DNA of 64,000 nucleotides, taken from Polyangiaceae bacterium UTPRO1. GTDB taxonomy: Bacteria; Desulfobacterota; Binatia; UTPRO1. Below the pieces are notes generated by a model that saw only the letters and a list, made by a program, of their open reading frames with translations, made no database searches and was not told the DNA's origin. This document shows positions 38,022 through 46,515 of this stretch, in pieces (the stretch's first letter is position 1; every line of letters begins with the position of its first letter). The translations under genes were made by a program, and so were the position numbers. The DNA is taken from assembly GCA_002050235.1 (NCBI GenBank), contig MWST01000027.1, forward strand, positions 25,155 to 89,154. Reading direction: 5' to 3'.

Positions 38022-38468
38022 TCACCGGGCGCGGTGATCCCGGCGTTTCGCTCCCGCGGTGCCGTGGATGACCGCACGGATGTCCGCCGCCCAGCCGGCG
38101 GGATCTTCGGGCGGTCGGAACGACCAGCTGGTCGCCGACCCGCCGCGGCCGGCGCGCAGGCTGAGTCGGTCGTGGTCGCGGGCTACGGCGTAGGCTCCGG
38201 TCGAGCGGGGCGTGATCTCCAGCCAGAAGTAGTCCCGCTGGTGGATGACGATGCTCTGGGCGGTGACGACGATCGAGGCCGTGCTCTCCTTCCAGGTGCC
38301 GGCGCGGGTGCGGCGAATCGGCAGATCGACCGCGCGGCGAACGATGCCCTCCGCCTCGAACCGCCGCTGCTGCTCGGCGCCGAGCGTCCCGGTGGTACGC
38401 TGGCACGCGGCCAGGAGCAGGAGTGCGGCGAGAGCGGCGCGGCGCAGCAGCGGCGGACGCACGCTCAC
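38022..38468 (-). CDS. Putative lipoprotein
   Basis: Lipobox LLLAAC after RRAALAA; GTG start overlaps the acyl-CoA dehydrogenase stop. Confidence 0.7.
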   Translation of the reverse strand: MSVRPPLLRRAALAALLLLAACQRTTGTLGAEQQRRFEAEGIVRRAVDLPIRRTRAGTWKESTASIVVTAQSIVIHQRDYFWLEITPRSTGAYAVARDHDRLSLRAGRGGSATSWSFRPPEDPAGWAADIRAVIHGTAGAKRRDHRAR

Positions 38469-39694
38469 ACCGGCAGATCGCCGGTGGCGCGCCGGGTGCT
38501 GCCGTGGCGCTGCCAGGCGGCGATCGTCCGCTCTGCGATTCGCATGCGGTGCACCTCGTCGGGGCCGTCGGCGAAGCGCGCCCAGCGCGCGTGCTGGAAC
38601 ATGTGGGCGAGCGGCGTATCGGTCGAATAGCCGAGCGCGCCGTGCACCTGGATGGCGCGGTCGACGATGCGGCCGAGGGTGTTGGCGACGAAGTGCTTCG
38701 TCATCGAGACCTCGGAGGCGAAGTCGAGGCCGCGGTCGATCTTGTAGGCAGCGTGCAGCACCATGAGCTTGCACTGGTAGAGCTCCATGGCGGAGTCGGC
38801 GATCATCCACTGAATGCCCTGCTTCGCGGAGAGCAGGGAGCCGTGCGCGAAGCGCTTGGTCGAGCGGTCGACCATCATCTCGAGCGCGGTCTCGGCCTGG
38901 GAGATCCAGCGCATGCAGTGCGCGAGGCGGGCCGGGCCGAGGCGGTACTGGCCGAGGCGATGGCCCTGGCCGCGCCCGCCGAGCATGTTCGCGGCGGGTA
39001 TGCGCAGGTCCTCGAGGCGGATCTCGGAGTGTCCCGTCGAGCCGTGCATGGTCTCGATCTCGCGTACGTGGTGCCAGCCGGGCGAGGGGAGGTCGACGAT
39101 GAACCCGGTGTTCGCGGCCTGGGGGCGCTCGGGATCCTCCTCGGTACGCGCGATCAGGATCGCGAAGCCGGCGCGCCGCGCGTTCGAGATGAACCACTTG
39201 TGGCCGTTTACGACCCAGTCGTCGCCGTCGCGCACCGCGCGCGTGCGGATGAGGGTCGGATCCGAGCCCGCCACTTCCGGCTCGGTCATCGCGAAGCAGC
39301 TCATGACGTGCCCCTCGCACAGCGGTCGCAGGTATCTTTCCTTCTGTGCGTCGGTACCCCAGTGCAGCAGCGTGTGCATGTTGCCTTCGTCCGGCGCCTG
39401 GCAGTTCAGCACCCAGGGGCCGTAGTAGGCCTTGGCCGCCTCCGCCTGCACGATCGCGAGCTCGACGTGTCCGAGACCCATGCCGCCCCACTCCTTCGGC
39501 ATGTGCGGCAGCCAGAGGCCGGCAGCCTTGGCCTCGGCCCGCATCTGCAGCAGCAGCTTCACGTAGGCACTGCGCTCGAGCGAGCCCTTGTCGCCGATCT
39601 TCGCTTCGCCTGGTCGGACGACGTCGCGGATGAAGTCGCGGACGCGGACGCGGATCGCTTCGATCGCGGGGTCGAGAGTGAAATCGATCGCCAT
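38465..39694 (-). CDS. Acyl-CoA dehydrogenase
   Basis: CFAMTEPEVAGSDP, VNGHKWFISN, QVHGALG, ADGPDEVH. Confidence 0.96.
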   Translation of the reverse strand: MAIDFTLDPAIEAIRVRVRDFIRDVVRPGEAKIGDKGSLERSAYVKLLLQMRAEAKAAGLWLPHMPKEWGGMGLGHVELAIVQAEAAKAYYGPWVLNCQAPDEGNMHTLLHWGTDAQKERYLRPLCEGHVMSCFAMTEPEVAGSDPTLIRTRAVRDGDDWVVNGHKWFISNARRAGFAILIARTEEDPERPQAANTGFIVDLPSPGWHHVREIETMHGSTGHSEIRLEDLRIPAANMLGGRGQGHRLGQYRLGPARLAHCMRWISQAETALEMMVDRSTKRFAHGSLLSAKQGIQWMIADSAMELYQCKLMVLHAAYKIDRGLDFASEVSMTKHFVANTLGRIVDRAIQVHGALGYSTDTPLAHMFQHARWARFADGPDEVHRMRIAERTIAAWQRHGSTRRATGDLPV

Positions 39695-39774
39695 GGTTCG
39701 GCCTCCCGGCAGCGTGCCTATCACGGGCGCGCCCCGGTTGAAGATCCCGCGGGCATCGTGCACAAGTCCGGTCC

Positions 39775-40275
39775 ATGCGCTCGACATCGGGGGGTAGCGT
39801 GCTCGCGGCGGCGACGGCGCTGGTGCTCGGCGCCGGCGCGGCGGCGGCGCAGCCGGCGGCCATGGGCTGGCAGGGCTTCGCCAACGCCTGGATAGCTGCG
39901 CATGCGCAACGCGTCCGCGGACAGGCGCCGCGCGAAGCGCGCAAGAGCTGCGAAGGCGACATCAACGGCGACGGCCACGGCGACGTCGTCGTGATCTACA
40001 CGATCGAGGCCGGCGGCAGCGGCGCCTGGACGCAGTACGCGACCGTCCTCACCTCGACCCAGCAGGGTTACGGGGCTACGCTTCCGAAGGAAGTGGGAGG
40101 CAAAGGAACGCGGATCGTCGAGAGCTGCGCCGTCGCCCCCGGGAAGGTCGAGATCTCATTCAAGACCTGGGCGGCGGCGGATGCCGCGTGCTGTCCGAGC
40201 GTACCGGGAAAGGCGACGCTCTCGTTCGCGAACGGAGCGCTCGCCGAGGCGCCCTCCGCGTCGTCCAGCAGGTGA
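39775..40275 (+). CDS. Secreted hypothetical protein
   Basis: Signal peptide, GDINGDGHGD Ca-binding-like loop, 4 Cys (ending AACCPS). Confidence 0.7.
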   Translation: MRSTSGGSVLAAATALVLGAGAAAAQPAAMGWQGFANAWIAAHAQRVRGQAPREARKSCEGDINGDGHGDVVVIYTIEAGGSGAWTQYATVLTSTQQGYGATLPKEVGGKGTRIVESCAVAPGKVEISFKTWAAADAACCPSVPGKATLSFANGALAEAPSASSSR

Positions 40276-40450
40276 CGCGCGGACGCGCTGCTGCGAGCCG
40301 GGCACGGGCGAGGTCGGGCGGCGAGAGCGCGGCGCGCTGCCCGGTAGGCGACGCGCAGGCGCGCTGCGGACGGCCAGGAGCGGGCAGGAGCGCGCGGCGG
40401 CGGGCGCGTGCCGACGTCGCGATGAGTGGCCGCGTCCGCGATGGCCAACA

Positions 40451-40465
40451 TGGCACCGGCGTTGC
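40451..40465 (+). promoter_or_regulatory. Sigma-54 promoter
   Basis: TGGCAC-CGGCG-TTGC, an exact consensus match. Confidence 0.7.
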
Positions 40466-40755
40466 GATGAGCTCCCGCGTTTAGACCGGGTGCGGCAGGG
40501 CACGCCGTGCATGGCCGCCGGCCTCGTGCAGCCCTGCCAGGAGTCGGACGCCTCCCTACGCTTGCTCTTGCCGTTGGACTTCGCGATGGCGTCCGCATGA
40601 CGGGTCGAGCGGGAGCTGGCGTCGGCATCCGGAGCGCATGTGCGCGCCAGACCACGGGGCTACGCTCGGCGTCCGGCGCGCGGCGAGCAGCGGCCGGGCG
40701 CAGCCCTGATCCGGACTGCGACCGCGTGGCACCCGACTTGGAGACCAGGCGCTCC

Positions 40756-41418
40756 ATGCGTCCGCTGAGCGATGGCGTGATGCGCCGCCTGGCCGCGGCT
40801 ACGAGCGAGCCGGGGCGCGTCCTCAAGCAGCATCCCATCTCCCGCGACCTCGCCGCAGGCTTGCTCTCGCGCAGCACCTACGTGGCCTGGCTCGGGCAGC
40901 TCTTCTTCGTGCACCGCGCCCTCGAGTGGCACCTCGGCCGCTTGCGGGCGGTCGTCCCCGCGCTCGGTTGCGTCGTTCGCGATCACTACTTCCACACGCC
41001 CGCTATTGCCTCCGACCTCGCGTGCTTCGGGATCAGGCTGCCGCGGCTCGTCCCGCTCGCGTCGACGGGCGTGCTCGTCGAGATGATCGACGGGCTCGCC
41101 GGCCGAGCGCCGCTCGCCCTCCTCGGCATGGCCTACGTCCTCGAGGAGGCCAAGAACGGCGGCCGGCAGATCGCGAAACGCACGCGGCTGGCGTACCGGC
41201 TTCCGCCCGGACAGGGCGTTGCCTACCTCGATCCGTACGGGGAAGCGCAGCGACAGCGCTGGCTCGACTTCAAGATCGACATGGAGGCTACGGCCTTCGA
41301 AACCGAAGAAGCAGCGGTCATGGCCGATGCCGCCGCCATCATGTGCAAGGGGCTCACGCACGTGCTCGACGAGATCGCCGCGGTCGAGCGCGTCACCCGC
41401 CGCGCCCCGGCGGTCTGA
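40756..41418 (+). CDS. Heme-oxygenase-like fold protein with divergent active site
   Basis: YVAWLGQL..VHRALE, SDLACF, YVLEEAKNGGRQI, YLDPYG; lacks the N-terminal proximal His. Confidence 0.75.
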   Translation: MRPLSDGVMRRLAAATSEPGRVLKQHPISRDLAAGLLSRSTYVAWLGQLFFVHRALEWHLGRLRAVVPALGCVVRDHYFHTPAIASDLACFGIRLPRLVPLASTGVLVEMIDGLAGRAPLALLGMAYVLEEAKNGGRQIAKRTRLAYRLPPGQGVAYLDPYGEAQRQRWLDFKIDMEATAFETEEAAVMADAAAIMCKGLTHVLDEIAAVERVTRRAPAV

Positions 41419-41527
41419 TCGGAACGCCGCGGGAGCACATCGCCGCTGCGGCCCCCGTGCAAAGAAATGGAATAGTTTTCCGTAGGCCGATCGCAACGCC
41501 GCGGGAGCGCATCGCCGCTACGGCCCC
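41417..41527. repeat. Two 39-bp direct repeats separated by a 33-bp AT-rich spacer
   Basis: 41417-41455 versus 41489-41527, 36/39 identical by manual alignment. Confidence 0.85.
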
Positions 41528-41581
41528 GGAGCCGCGCAGCGCGCCGGCTCCGGTCGGTGCGCGCCGGGGCGAGAGCGACGC

Positions 41582-42364
41582 TCACTTCAGCAGCAGCGAG
41601 ACGTCGGGACCGCCGCGCAGCGTGTGTCCGCCATCGACGGCGAATACCTGTCCGGTGATCCACGATGCCGAGTCGCCGAGTAGGAACACCGCTGCCGCCG
41701 CGATGTCCTCGACCGTGCCGAGGCGGCGGAGCGGCATCAGCGCTGCGTAGTCGGCGCGGACGAGCGGATGGGCGGCGAGCGGCGCCGCCAGGTCGGTAGG
41801 CACGAGACCCGGCCGCAGGGCATTGACGCGAATGCCGTGCTCGCCGAGCTCGTCCGCAGCGCAGCGGGTGAGCATCTCGACGCCGGCCTTGGAGACGCAG
41901 TAGGCGCTCATGAGCCGGTGGGTGAGCACCCCGGCGATCGACGAGACGTTGACGATGCTGCCGCCGTTCCCGAGCTTCAGCATGGCTGCGGCTTCGTGCT
42001 TGAGGGCGAGCATGGTGCCGTCGAGATTCGTGCGCAGGACGAACGCCCACGACTCGAACGGCTGCTCGGCGACGCCGCCCATGCTGCCGGTGCCGGCGGC
42101 GTTGACGCCGTAGTCGAGGCGCCCGAAGCGCTCGACGACCGCAGCAACGGCACGCTCGACGTCGGCCTCGACGCCGACATCGCCGGCGATCGTCAGGGTC
42201 GCCGCCGAGGCGGGGAGGGTCACCGCGGCGCGCCCCAGCTTCTCGGCATCGCGCCCCATGAGGGCGACGCGGGCGCCGGTCGCGGCGAGCGCAGCGGCGA
42301 TGCCGAGTCCGATGCCGCTGCCGCCGCCGGTGATGAAGCCTACCTTGCGCGCCGCTTCCGTCAT
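41582..42364 (-). CDS. Short-chain dehydrogenase/reductase (SDR)
   Basis: TGGGSGIG, NAAG, NVSS, YCVSK, VDGG. Confidence 0.96.
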   Translation of the reverse strand: MTEAARKVGFITGGGSGIGLGIAAALAATGARVALMGRDAEKLGRAAVTLPASAATLTIAGDVGVEADVERAVAAVVERFGRLDYGVNAAGTGSMGGVAEQPFESWAFVLRTNLDGTMLALKHEAAAMLKLGNGGSIVNVSSIAGVLTHRLMSAYCVSKAGVEMLTRCAADELGEHGIRVNALRPGLVPTDLAAPLAAHPLVRADYAALMPLRRLGTVEDIAAAAVFLLGDSASWITGQVFAVDGGHTLRGGPDVSLLLK

Positions 42365-42567
42365 GGTGCACCTCCGGGCGGCTTCTCTGGCACGGCGGCG
42401 CGCGGCTGCCAACACGAGCCGTCGTCGCTGCCGTGGGCAGCGATCGGCGGGCCTGCGGCCGCCGGCAGCGTTGACGACGCTTGACGTCCGCCGACAGCGG
42501 GCGGCGGGCGCAAGCCGTGGCGCCGCCACGCATCCGCATCGGGAGCGCTCCTTGCTCTCTGCCGGGC

Positions 42568-43590
42568 ATGGCGAGCGATCTGGCGGTGTGGCGGCCGGAG
42601 GTCGAGGCGGCGCCGGGAGTGGCGGCGATCGTCCGTCCGACATGGGTGCGGATGGCGGAGCGCGTCGCGCCGCTCGGTGCCCGCCTCCTCGGCGGCCGGC
42701 ACTTCCGGGGCGGGGTGGAGCATGCCCTCTGCGGCAAGGTGCACGGGGCGGCAGCGCGCGGCATCCTTTGGGCCTTTGCGCCGCCGCCGGCCTTCGCGCG
42801 GGTGCGGCGCGGATGCGGCCGGCATCCGGTGGACGCCTATCGCGGCCGGGTACCGCATCTGAACGGGCTCCCGGGTGGCGGCGACACCTTGCTCCACCAC
42901 CATCGCGGCGCCGGTGCGGCGCGCGGGCTCGTCGTCGTGAGCCGCGGCGTCGGCGCGCTCGCCGACCTGGTCGCGCGCCGCCTCGCCGCCGCCCTCGTCC
43001 GCATCGGATTCGACGTCGCCGTCGTGTCTTCCGCGGGGTGCGGCCCTGGCGACGACAGGCTCTGGGCGCAGAGCATCGGTCGCGTGCTGGTGACGATCGT
43101 CCGCCGCGTGCACGCAGGCGTCGCCGCCGAGGCGTGGGCGCGTCAGCTCGGATACCGGCGCGTGCTCGCTGCCGGCGTCGGCCTCGGCGGCACGGTCACC
43201 GCACTCCTCGGAGCGACGACCGCGCGCTTCGATGCCTGCGTGCCGATCCTCGCCGGCGCCCACCCGGGAAGGCTCTGGCTGCCGCCGCGGGGATTCGCGC
43301 GAGCCGCCGACCACGCGGCGCTAGCCCGTGACGCCGTCCGCGACGCGCGGACGCTGCTTCGCCTCTTCGATCCGGTCGCACCCTGTCGTCTGCCGCCGCC
43401 GCGGCGCCGCGCCGGCTGCGCGGTCGTCGGTCTTCGCTACGACCGCCAGGTGCCGCCGAGCGACGTGCAGGCGCTCGCCGCCCACTGGAGAGCGGGCGCG
43501 GTCTGGCTCGAGCGTTCGCACATCGAGGTGCCGCTCGCGGTGCGCGCTCTCGCCGCAGTGGTGGCGCACGCCGCCGGCGTCCGCACCTGA
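42568..43590 (+). CDS. Alpha/beta-hydrolase-fold protein lacking the nucleophile Ser
   Basis: Elbow reads GVGLGG; later Asp (RYDRQVP) and His (ERSH) at the expected positions. Confidence 0.6.
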   Translation: MASDLAVWRPEVEAAPGVAAIVRPTWVRMAERVAPLGARLLGGRHFRGGVEHALCGKVHGAAARGILWAFAPPPAFARVRRGCGRHPVDAYRGRVPHLNGLPGGGDTLLHHHRGAGAARGLVVVSRGVGALADLVARRLAAALVRIGFDVAVVSSAGCGPGDDRLWAQSIGRVLVTIVRRVHAGVAAEAWARQLGYRRVLAAGVGLGGTVTALLGATTARFDACVPILAGAHPGRLWLPPRGFARAADHAALARDAVRDARTLLRLFDPVAPCRLPPPRRRAGCAVVGLRYDRQVPPSDVQALAAHWRAGAVWLERSHIEVPLAVRALAAVVAHAAGVRT

Positions 43591-43654
43591 ACGACGGATT
43601 GCGGACACCGTCGGCTTCCATTATAAGACCCCGGATTCTGCAGTTTCGCAGTGG

Positions 43655-44046
43655 TCCCCGGTAGCTCAGTTGGTAGAGCGTTCGGCTGTAGCAATGCAGC
43701 CTCGTCGGGAAACCGGCGAGTGAAAAGCGGGTGAATTCAGGGAAGCCTAAGTGCCAAGCGAGGCAGGCTGCCGAGAAGCGGTCGCGAGGGAAGCACGCCG
43801 ACGGCCGGTTGTCGGCAGCCTGCCGGGCATACGGGAACCGTGAGCCAAGCCCCCCAATGACCCGGTCGCGAGGCCGGCAGGGTGGGGGGAAGGTGCAGAG
43901 ACTAGGGAGTGACGAAAGAATAATCTCCCCGCGAGCGCCCGCCACCTACGTCCGCATGGATACGGTGATGAGATAGTCCACGCCCGTCGGAAACGGCGGG
44001 ACGACGTGTAACCGAATGGTCGCTGGTTCGAGTCCGGCCCGGGGAG
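43655..44046 (+). tRNA. tRNA-Asn(GTT) interrupted by a group I intron (exons 43655-43689 and 44009-44046)
   Basis: Spliced exons give a perfect 73-nt cloverleaf: acceptor TCCCCGG/CCGGGGA (U1-A72) plus G73, anticodon arm ttcgg-ctGT|Taa-ccgaa, T arm gctgg-ttcgagt-ccggc. Confidence 0.95.
43690..44008 (+). ncRNA. Group I self-splicing intron, 319 nt, no internal ORF
   Basis: P1 ggctgt/gcagcc with U-G at the 5' splice site; P2 with GAAA loop; P3 gcgggtg/cgcccgc; P gaattcagggaa; Q aaccgtgagc; R gtgcagagacta; S gagatagtcc; P7 gacta/tagtc; P9 with GAAA loop; P9.0 acg/cgt; terminal G. Confidence 0.94.
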
Positions 44047-44086
44047 CTATTTTTCTGTCACGCCAAGTCGCGTGACCGGATGTTGA

Positions 44087-44130
44087 ACGAGACCCCGAGG
44101 GCAGCACGCTTCTCGGGGTTTCGTCTTTCT
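44087..44130 (+). terminator. Rho-independent terminator downstream of tRNA-Asn
   Basis: Stem acgagaccccgag / ctcggggtttcgt followed by ctttct. Confidence 0.65.
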
Positions 44131-44327
44131 GGTGCCGTTATGTGGGGTTGCGCGTGTGGGTGATGTGCGCGGCAGATTTTCTGGGAGCTGCGAGGAGAGC
44201 GCTGGGAGCACGTAGTGGACGACGTTGGGGGCTCGCGGGGCGTTCTCGGCGGCGGATCGTCCTCGAGAATCAGTTTTCTCTTCGGGGTGCCGTTTTACTC
44301 GAGCGACCGGGTGTTGAACGCAGGCTC

Positions 44328-45236
44328 TCACGACTCGGGCTCGAAGTAGTCGCTGTCGATCTTCGGCACGCGCAGCGTCCAATGGCTGACGCCGACGCCG
44401 TGCTCGATCATCAGCTCTGCGAGGCGGCGACCGTCGACGAGCACGATCGAACCGGTCCGCACCTTCTCGGCCGTGGTGTACGCGTCGCCAGTGAACTTCG
44501 ACGTCGTGAGGAGCACGCCCTTGTCCGCGCCGCGCGTCGTGAGCGCGCCGATGAAGTCACGCACGACTGGGCCGCCCACGGGCTGCTGCCAGCGCTTGGC
44601 CTGAACGTAGACCTTCTGCAGGCCAAGGCGGTCGAGCGAGATGACGCCGTCGATGCCGCCGTCGCCAGAGCCGCCGACTGCCTGCAGTTCCTGGCGGCTC
44701 AGACCGTAGCCCATGGCGTGCAGCAGATCGAGGACGAGCCGCTCGAAGAAGCCGGGCGTCTCACGGCCGATGAGCTCGAGCAGCTCCGAGCCCACGCTGT
44801 CGCGGATCTCGCGCAGCGAGATTTCGATACGGTCCTCGGGCGTTGCGACGACGCTCGTCTCGGGCGAGACCTTGTCGTCGGGTTTCCCGCTGACGTCTTC
44901 CTCGTCATAGGCGTGGGCCAGCTTCGCGACGAGATCGGCGGGGAGGCCCTGCGGATATTCTTTAGCCAGGGCCAGCCCCTGCGGTGTGATCTGCCAGACG
45001 CCTCGCTGCACCGACTGTGAGAGGCCCGCGCGCTTGAGTCGATCGTGCGCCCAGCCGTTGCGGTTCGCGTAGACGGCCTGGACGCCGCTCGGCACGCGCT
45101 CGGCACGTTCATCGACGGTCAGCTCGAGCGCGTCGGCGACACCTTCGTGGGCCTCGCGCGTACGCACAGGCGTGCCTCGATCGGCGAGCAACCGGAGCAG
45201 CGGCGAGATGAAGCGGTCGAAGGACGGAACGGGCAT
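44328..45236 (-). CDS. mrr: Mrr-family modification-dependent (type IV) restriction endonuclease
   Basis: N-terminal Mrr_N (NRNGWAHDRLKRAGL..RGVWQIT); catalytic FFERLVLDLLHAMGYG, GDGGIDG, VYVQAKRW, GVLLTTSKFT. Confidence 0.95.
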   Translation of the reverse strand: MPVPSFDRFISPLLRLLADRGTPVRTREAHEGVADALELTVDERAERVPSGVQAVYANRNGWAHDRLKRAGLSQSVQRGVWQITPQGLALAKEYPQGLPADLVAKLAHAYDEEDVSGKPDDKVSPETSVVATPEDRIEISLREIRDSVGSELLELIGRETPGFFERLVLDLLHAMGYGLSRQELQAVGGSGDGGIDGVISLDRLGLQKVYVQAKRWQQPVGGPVVRDFIGALTTRGADKGVLLTTSKFTGDAYTTAEKVRTGSIVLVDGRRLAELMIEHGVGVSHWTLRVPKIDSDYFEPES

Positions 45237-45264
45237 GGCTCCCCAGCGGGTCGCATGGATTCTA

Positions 45265-45890
<626 letters not shown>

Positions 45891-45907
45891 ACGCTCCTCG
45901 GCGAGCT

Positions 45908-46324
45908 TCATTTTGCCGAAGGCCCGCAACCGGTAGGTCGGACACGCGCGCGTAGCCGATGTACGTTAGCGCGCCGACGCCTCGTAATCGGCGTCATCCG
46001 CCCTGCGTGCATCGACGGTAGCCCCCACGCCGCCCGCTGCTCCTCCCGCGTCCCCGCGCGCGCCACCGCCCGCTGCGTCCGCCCGGACATGGGCTTCCGG
46101 CCGTCGACGGCTTCGAGGCGCAGGACGGCCTCCTGCAGATCGGCTGCAGGCTGCCGGACGCCGAGGAGCTGCGTGACCTGCGCCCGGGTGCGCCGCAACT
46201 TGCGCGCGAGGGTGGCTCTGTGTGCGACCTCGCCTCGCTCGACGGTGCAGCTCCCGTCTCGGTTTTCGTGGCGGACCCGGGCGCCATCGCCGGCGCTCGT
46301 GATGACGAGCGCGCGTAGTTTCAT
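45908..46324 (-). pseudogene. Degenerate HTH protein of a type found in recombinase-carrying integrative elements
   Basis: LARKLRRTRAQVTQLL..AADLQEAVL..EEQRAAW resembles the LARxxGVTRARVTQxxxLxxLAPDIQExIL family (recalled); truncated by the IS3 IRL side. Confidence 0.45.
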
Positions 46325-46358
46325 GCGCGTGGCGCTGTTCCCGCTCGCCTGGACCGGT

Positions 46359-46447
46359 ACCTACGGCCGCATGGTGACGGTGATGAGATAGTCCACGCCC
46401 GTCGGAAACGGCGGGACGACGTGTAACCGAATGGTCGCTGGTTCGAG
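46359..46447 (+). repeat. attR-like copy of the intron 3' end plus tRNA-Asn 3' exon
   Basis: 46377-46447 identical to 43962-44032 (71 bp); the upstream 18 bp has 3 mismatches; the acceptor-stem part is degenerate. Confidence 0.95.
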
Positions 46448-46448
46448 A

Positions 46449-46478
46449 GCGGCCCCGGAGAGCGATCTCCGGGGCCGC
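46449..46478. terminator. Perfect 13-bp hairpin with GCGA loop
   Basis: gcggccccggaga-gcga-tctccggggccgc, between attR and the convergent kinase gene. Confidence 0.6.
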
Positions 46479-46515
46479 ATCCTCTGCGAGTGCCGGCGCG
46501 TTACAGCCATGGGCG

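Noticed and set aside
40511-40600. 29-aa ORF in the leader of the HO-like gene
   Set aside because: No SD and no distinctive composition; cannot be separated from chance in high-GC DNA.
41417-41527. Calling this a CRISPR array
   Set aside because: Only two imperfect repeats, no leader and no cas genes in the window. Kept as a generic repeat.
43655-43692. Reading the 5' half as tRNA-Tyr (anticodon GTA)
   Set aside because: It would need a 5' exon ending in A and an intron ending in T, against group I rules. The tRNA has a short variable loop and U1-A72/G73, which fit Asn.
43690-44008. Homing endonuclease, group II intron or archaeal BHB intron
   Set aside because: No ORF or LAGLIDADG/GIY-YIG/HNH motif in 319 nt; no GUGYG start or domain V; no bulge-helix-bulge. 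The group I core is complete.
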